Positions 5,626 to 10,106 of a stretch of 10,106 nt of DNA are shown here, piece by piece. The notes beneath the pieces are model-generated. The model had not been told where the DNA came from. It did not search any database and was given only the letters and a program-made list of their open reading frames with translations. Position numbers and translations under genes: made by a program. Each line of letters begins with the position of its first letter. Position 1 is the stretch's first letter. The DNA is taken from positions 1,185-11,290 of the forward strand of contig JAHDYR010000051.1 of the NCBI GenBank assembly GCA_019828565.1. Direction: 5' to 3'. Source of the stretch: Carpediemonas membranifera BICM (taxonomy: Eukaryota > Protista > Fornicata).

Positions 5626-8124
5626 ATGTCGGAAACCACGGTTTTAACCTTTGGCGAACCTGTTTCCCAGGAGAGTGCCAACCTCCTCTTCAACCCAGAC
5701 GGCTCACATCCTATCCCGCAGCCGGTTCTGGACGCTATGATGTCTCCCCTCATGCCAGCCCAGCGCGAGAGTCTTCCTGCCCTGGTGCACACGCATCATG
5801 ACCAGATTGCTGTCAATAACCGGGGTCTGGTCATCAAGCAGCGGAAGAAGCAGTCAGGAGCAGCAGGCCGTCTCGTCTCGAACAGTGTTGCTGCCGGACT
5901 CCACGTGAGCAAGACCAGGGTCGGCAATGGTCTTTTCTGCTCGACGAAGATCGCTGCGGGCCATCCGATTGGGCTGTACATCGGTTTCTTCAGAGACCCC
6001 ACCCCCGCGGCCTCGATGACCCTCGCAACCGACGAGTACTCCATCTGCATCAGTCTGCCGACGGATGATGCAGACTGGACGGACAAGCAGTACGTGATTG
6101 ACGGTATCACAGTGAAGGACGACCCATCCCCTTCCTGCTGCTTCGTCAATTATCGGTCGGGATCCAGGGCACCCCGCATCAGATACTGGCTGATTGGGCA
6201 GGCGGCTGTGCCGATTTTCGTCTGCGATGAGGCCGTCAAGGCGTCGACGGAGCTCGTGGCTGACTACGGGGAAACCTTCCTGCATCTGATGGAGATGGCA
6301 AACATTCCCGTTGAGTCAACCGTGTTCGACGTCCCGACTTCCGGGCGCCAACCCAAGCAGGGCAAGTCGGAGACTCAGACACTCCCCGTTCATATTGATG
6401 AGGAACATTTGGAGGCGATGATGATCGCATCTGGTATGCATCCGGCCGCCACTCCTCCGGCCGCCACTCCTCCGGCCGCCACTCCTCCGGCCGCCACTCC
6501 TCCGGTCGCCACTCCTCAGGCCGCCACTCCTCCGGTCGCCACTCCTCCGGCCGCCACTCCTCCGGCCGCCACTCCTCCGGTCGCCACTCCTCAGGCCGCC
6601 ACTCCTCCGGTCGCCACTCCTCAGGCCGCCACTCCTCAGGCCGCCGCCGTGCAGACGGCTGAGAAGAAGAAGTATCGTCATCTTTCCTGCGATGCTTACC
6701 TTGGCGGGTCTTCGATCAGGCCACACGGCGAGCATGGCTGGGTTCTTTCTGGGCGTCCCAATGATTTGTGGATGCGGGACTGCGTCGGTATCAGCACGGT
6801 CGTGTCCCAAAATGCGATCCTGTTCATTCAGGTAGACGCAGCTGGACAGGTCCTGTCTGAGACACTTGCTCAGCGGACCCTTTCGAACGTTAGGTTCACG
6901 ACTCTTGGCCAAGGTCCGGCACGCTACCGCACCGTCTGCATGCCGTTCCAGCCCATGCCGCCGACTGACCTTCACCTTCTGTCTGTTGAGAATGCATATA
7001 ACGTTCTCCAGACCCAGCGGGTCCTTTATGGAGCTGGCCTTCAGCCGCTGCTCGAGTTGTTGTGTCAGTACTACTTTGGCAAAACCTCTGTCACTGTAGT
7101 GAAGACGTCTGCCGTCCCCACCGTCCTCGCCATCCTCTCCCAGATCTCGTTGGTGTTGGTGGATGGTGTGTATGATTGCCCGACCGGTCTGTGGGTTGTC
7201 AGAGTTAGCACAGATGTCGCTACACTCAAGTACAAGTCAAGTGTGGGTGTCATCATAGTCGTCAATGATGACGATGACGACGCAGACGTGCCAGCCAATG
7301 TTGACGTGTGCCGACTCACGTTGACTTCTCCTGACCAGACACCGCTGCTCAACATGCTCCCCCTCATGGCTGACCTGCTCGACTATGTTGTTGTCCTGCA
7401 GTCCGGCGTGGCTTGCACACATTTGTCCGGTCTTCTGACTCCTTACCCGACGCAGTTCCTGGAGTCGCTGAAGGACTTGTGTCAGCCGACTCGAGTTCCG
7501 AATCTGTCCTCCGTGAACATGCTTCACGACCAGATGAAGCAGAAGTACCACGTCAGCCCTACCAAAGGCTCGGAGGCGGTTGAGGAAGTTGTGAATGAGG
7601 AGGTTGTGGTGTATAACGAGTTGAGCAATGAGTTCACCACCACAGTCGTCGATTGCGCCTACCGCAACAAGTGCCTCGTCTATTCCATCTACGGGATGCT
7701 TTCGGGCGGCGAGAAGATGTCTGATGACCAACTGACAACGCTCGGCGACCGCCTGTCACAGTTTGTCCATGACGATCATGTTGTGACCGCGGTGCCCAAC
7801 ATCGCGGATATCGAGCGAAGATACCGCAACGACACGTTCATGCAGGATGAGGATGCACGTATTCTCGCGCCGATGATGTGCACGGAGTTCTCACTTCGTC
7901 CGGAGTCTTTCTACATCGTCAGCGACTCGATGGTCGTAATCTGCAAGCCTGCGCAGGTGGCATGGAACGTTTCCTTCAGTACCTCCATGTGCCATGATAC
8001 GCTGCCCGACCGCGTGATTCATTTTAGCCGCAACCACTTCACGGTGAAACAGAGGAGCGCCGGAGCAAGAAAGCGCGGGGCAATGCCCACACGCGCCGAG
8101 AAGAAGTCGAGGTATTGCCTATAA
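5626..8124 (+). CDS. 832-aa multidomain protein (SET-B): SET domain (aa ~91-218), PAATP repeat linker, unassigned middle region, OTU-like cysteine protease region at the C-terminus
   Basis: SET motifs RVGNGLFCSTKIAAGHPIGLYIG, YVIDG, CFVNY and TELVADYGETF. C-terminal DCAYRNKCLVYSI (C683) and VIHFSRNHF (H804) resemble the OTU Cys-box and His-box. There is a basic tail RKR...KKSR. SET call strong, OTU call tentative. Confidence 0.82.
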   Translation: MSETTVLTFGEPVSQESANLLFNPDGSHPIPQPVLDAMMSPLMPAQRESLPALVHTHHDQIAVNNRGLVIKQRKKQSGAAGRLVSNSVAAGLHVSKTRVGNGLFCSTKIAAGHPIGLYIGFFRDPTPAASMTLATDEYSICISLPTDDADWTDKQYVIDGITVKDDPSPSCCFVNYRSGSRAPRIRYWLIGQAAVPIFVCDEAVKASTELVADYGETFLHLMEMANIPVESTVFDVPTSGRQPKQGKSETQTLPVHIDEEHLEAMMIASGMHPAATPPAATPPAATPPAATPPVATPQAATPPVATPPAATPPAATPPVATPQAATPPVATPQAATPQAAAVQTAEKKKYRHLSCDAYLGGSSIRPHGEHGWVLSGRPNDLWMRDCVGISTVVSQNAILFIQVDAAGQVLSETLAQRTLSNVRFTTLGQGPARYRTVCMPFQPMPPTDLHLLSVENAYNVLQTQRVLYGAGLQPLLELLCQYYFGKTSVTVVKTSAVPTVLAILSQISLVLVDGVYDCPTGLWVVRVSTDVATLKYKSSVGVIIVVNDDDDDADVPANVDVCRLTLTSPDQTPLLNMLPLMADLLDYVVVLQSGVACTHLSGLLTPYPTQFLESLKDLCQPTRVPNLSSVNMLHDQMKQKYHVSPTKGSEAVEEVVNEEVVVYNELSNEFTTTVVDCAYRNKCLVYSIYGMLSGGEKMSDDQLTTLGDRLSQFVHDDHVVTAVPNIADIERRYRNDTFMQDEDARILAPMMCTEFSLRPESFYIVSDSMVVICKPAQVAWNVSFSTSMCHDTLPDRVIHFSRNHFTVKQRSAGARKRGAMPTRAEKKSRYCL
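6442..6645 (+). repeat. Coding 15-bp minisatellite, 13 full units plus a partial (consensus CCGGCCGCCACTCCT = PAATP; variants PVATP, QAATP)
   Basis: Read directly from the sequence; in frame within the 832-aa ORF. Confidence 0.97.
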
Positions 8125-8345
8125 ATGTGAGATATGCCTGCATATGCTCGGCCTCGCAGTCAGACGAGGTGACCAAGCCTCATATCACGCATCACAAGGA
8201 AGGCGTAGGCCATTTCGTGGGCCATTGGTAAATCCCGGGAGATATTCACGTATTTGTCCCCTTTTTCCATGTATAGCCGTAAGATCGCCTTGAGAGGTCT
8301 GATCTGAGCCTTTTAGCCGGTTAGTTTGCCCAATCTTTGGAGTCT

Positions 8346-8364
8346 GGTAAGGTAAGGTAAGGTA
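8346..8364 (+). repeat. (GGTAA)n microsatellite, about 4 units
   Basis: GGTAAGGTAAGGTAAGGTA in the convergent intergenic gap. Confidence 0.8.
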
Positions 8365-8401
8365 CTCTCTCGCACTCCTCCATCTCAGCCACTTCGCCAG
8401 A

Positions 8402-8438
8402 GCCCTTCAACGCCTTGATCGCCCTTCAACGCCTTATC
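8402..8438 (+). repeat. 19/18-bp tandem duplication
   Basis: GCCCTTCAACGCCTTGATC followed by GCCCTTCAACGCCTT-ATC, just downstream of the SET-chromodomain stop. Confidence 0.85.
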
Positions 8439-8449
8439 GTTTATGTTCA

Positions 8450-9209
8450 TTAAACCTGGGCTTCTTGCTCATGAGCGAAAGGAAGACCATCCACTTCGGC
8501 TTGACCCAAGCCAGCATGTTCGGGTGGCATCCAGCTGGGATCGTATCCGTACTTCCACTGTACGAGAACTTCAGTCACCCCCTCAGTGGAAACGCGTTTG
8601 CCAACGATATTCTCGATCTCGTAGATCGTGCTGATCATATCAAGGCGGCTGCGGGTAATCTTCTTACCGTGGGCGTCATCACGCCAGAAGCGAGAACCGT
8701 ACGGAAGTGATAGGAACCCGTTCTTGGGAACCTCCTCCGTCGTCACAACGGCCACAACCGGGATGCTGTAATAGCTTGCGACGATCGACACGCAGTTGTG
8801 GACCTTAGTGTCTGAGTAAACCTGTAATAGTAAAAGACAAACCGTCGTTGATGCGGTGGACACCCGGGTCACTCATCAGCTGGTTAGAGCAGACTGCCGC
8901 CTTGCCGAGTTCCACGAGGGACTCTGAGGACTGGACAGGGCAGGTGACCAAGGTCCCAAGGAAGATCCCGACGAAGGAGTGGGCAGGAAGACCCAAAGGG
9001 CACACAAGACCGTGTCCAGCATGCTTTCCCGGCTGGCTCCTCAGCTGCTGTGGCTGAACGGAGAAGGGAACGTTCACATTGAGACCATACTGGTCAATGC
9101 AGACGGGACAGACAAGCATGACGGTATCGGAGTCAATGCCAATGGCAGTCCGGACTGGATCCTCCTTCTGGCAATAAACCAGAAAGGCAGCGTCGTCAAC
9201 GGAATGCAC
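8450..9209 (-). CDS. SET + chromodomain protein (SET-C), join(>=9209..8843, 8811..8450); start uncertain (first in-frame ATG 9119, or ATG 9307 via a further intron)
   Basis: SET-N (SQPGKHAGHGLVCPLGLPAHSFVGIFLG) and GVHRIND are in ORF 8805-9209. SET-C (HNC...PVVAVVTTEEVPKNGFLSLPYGSRFW) and the chromodomain YEIENIVGKRVSTEGVTEVLVQWKYGYDPSWMPPEH (8623-8516) are in ORF 8450-8872. A 31-nt GT-AG intron joins them in frame. Confidence 0.85.
8812..8842 (-). other. 31-nt spliceosomal intron in SET-C
   Basis: Minus-strand sequence GTTTGTCTTTTACTATTACAGGTTTACTCAG has the same GTTTGT donor as the 35-nt intron. Removal gives RIND-DTKVHNC and restores the frame. Confidence 0.82.
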
Positions 9210-9346
9210 ATCGACATCACCTCTCTTCTCCGGTAGAAACTGGCTACCTTACAATCGTCAGTCGGGTTGGTCAAGCTAGTAGCGGCTATCAGTGTAACAT
9301 CTCCCATTACCTGTATTCTTCCGGATTCGTCTTCGTTTTTTTCCAA

Positions 9347-9378
9347 CCTACCTAACTACCTAACTAACTGACTATCTA
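9347..9378 (+). repeat. Degenerate (CCTA/ACTA)n tetranucleotide tract followed by an A run
   Basis: CCTA CCTA ACTA CCTA ACTA ACTG ACTA TCTA, then about 10 A. Confidence 0.8.
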
Positions 9379-9444
9379 AAAAAAAAATCGGTCGGTCCAC
9401 TGTGCTAGTGAATGGTAGTAAGTACTACCTAAGGCATCATTTTT

Positions 9445-9492
9445 CCTACCTACCTACCTACCTACCTACCTAACTAACTAACTAACTAACTA
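9445..9492 (+). repeat. Compound microsatellite (CCTA)7(ACTA)5
   Basis: Counted directly from the sequence. Confidence 0.93.
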
Positions 9493-9595
9493 TTGCTTTT
9501 TTCACCTTAAATCAACCACGAGCTTGTTTATTTTGAGTCCTGAATTAAGCAATCAAACACTGTGTTTTGAGTGCTGAAAACAGGTGAATTGAGCG

Positions 9596-10106
9596 ATGGA
9601 CGATGAGGGAACGGATGTTACTATTAAGGTGAAGAAGTCTCGTAACAAGGTACTTTGCACGTTTATAGTGCAGATGAAGCAAGAGTGGACAGCTATGGAA
9701 GCCTTCGTGCGTGATATTCGCAACTTGGTCAGCGAAAAGGGGTATAACATTGCAGAGAGCGTTGCAAAGCAGAGAATTCAGGTACGTTACAAGCTTCCCA
9801 ATGATAAGGTCTTCTTAGAAGACATTACTATGGCTGCCTGGAGCAAGTTCACCAGATGCAGCAAGCCTGAGGCATATGTGTGGACTGCTGACCCCAACAA
9901 GACCACAGCTTCATCTCAACCTGTCCACCAACCGCGAAACGCACTCGTCGGCCGAGAGGCTTTGCATGAAGCCCGCGAGATCCTTCGTGCTGCCAATCCT
10001 GGCCTGACCGAATCTCAGCTGATGGGTTGGGCTCACTCCCTGGCGTCAGGAGTTGACGGAGTCACTGCCCTTGATCCACCGGCTGGCGTTCAATACGAGC
10101 GGCCAC
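9596..10106 (+). CDS. Hypothetical protein, 3'-truncated by the window edge (170 codons visible)
   Basis: ATG at 9596 (MDDEGTDVTIKVKKSRNKVLCTFIVQMKQEW...ILRAANPGLTESQLMGWAHSLASGVDGVTALDPPAGVQYERP) is open to the end of the window and divergent from SET-C. It is not in the ORF track. Confidence 0.75.
   Translation, partial: MDDEGTDVTIKVKKSRNKVLCTFIVQMKQEWTAMEAFVRDIRNLVSEKGYNIAESVAKQRIQVRYKLPNDKVFLEDITMAAWSKFTRCSKPEAYVWTADPNKTTASSQPVHQPRNALVGREALHEAREILRAANPGLTESQLMGWAHSLASGVDGVTALDPPAGVQYERP

Noticed and set aside
6442-6645. Possible CRISPR array
   Set aside because: The 15-bp units are contiguous with no spacers, lie in frame in a CDS, and the context is eukaryotic.
6316-6975. 219-aa minus-strand ORF with RSGGR repeats
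   Set aside because: It is the antisense reading of the PAATP minisatellite within the 832-aa gene.
8126-8196. TGTGAGATATG...CATATCACGCATCACA as a solo LTR or MITE
   Set aside because: It has TG..CA ends and a faint resemblance to the LTR start, but only short inverted matches, and the flanks (ATAAA / AGGAA) do not form a target-site duplication.
9445-9492. Telomeric repeat / telomere-bearing element end
   Set aside because: The units are 4-bp CCTA/ACTA rather than a telomere repeat I recognise (such as CCCTAA, CCTAA or CCCTA), and genes continue on both sides.
2558-10106. Terminal inverted repeat of the IS630/Tc1-like element
   Set aside because: No convincing TA-flanked end was found by eye, and the partner end would lie outside the window, so the boundaries cannot be called.

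Overview
This is eukaryotic, mobile-element-derived DNA, and the raw ORF track misses much of it. (1) Positions 1-2010 (minus strand) are the 5' half of a Ty3/gypsy LTR retrotransposon. It has a very short putative 5' LTR (1917-2010, TGTG...CACA), a TGG primer-binding site, and one uninterrupted Gag-protease-RT ORF starting at 1759 and running off the left edge. (2) The retrotransposon has inserted into an IS630/Tc1-mariner (DD35E) transposase, whose catalytic half resumes at 2011 and ends at 2557. (3) Immediately after it, with no visible terminal repeat, is a compact cluster of chromatin and protease genes. These are a CCHC zinc-knuckle protein, a SET gene split by a 35-nt intron, a caspase/CHAT-like peptidase in the same frame as that SET gene, an 832-aa SET + (PAATP)n + OTU-like protein, a SET + chromodomain gene split by a 31-nt intron, and an unknown ORF running off the right edge. 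My best reading, which is inference, is a large multi-gene DDE transposon or virus-like island carrying its own histone methylation writers, a reader and proteases, in a protist with tiny introns. All domain calls come from motif recognition by eye; no database searches were run.
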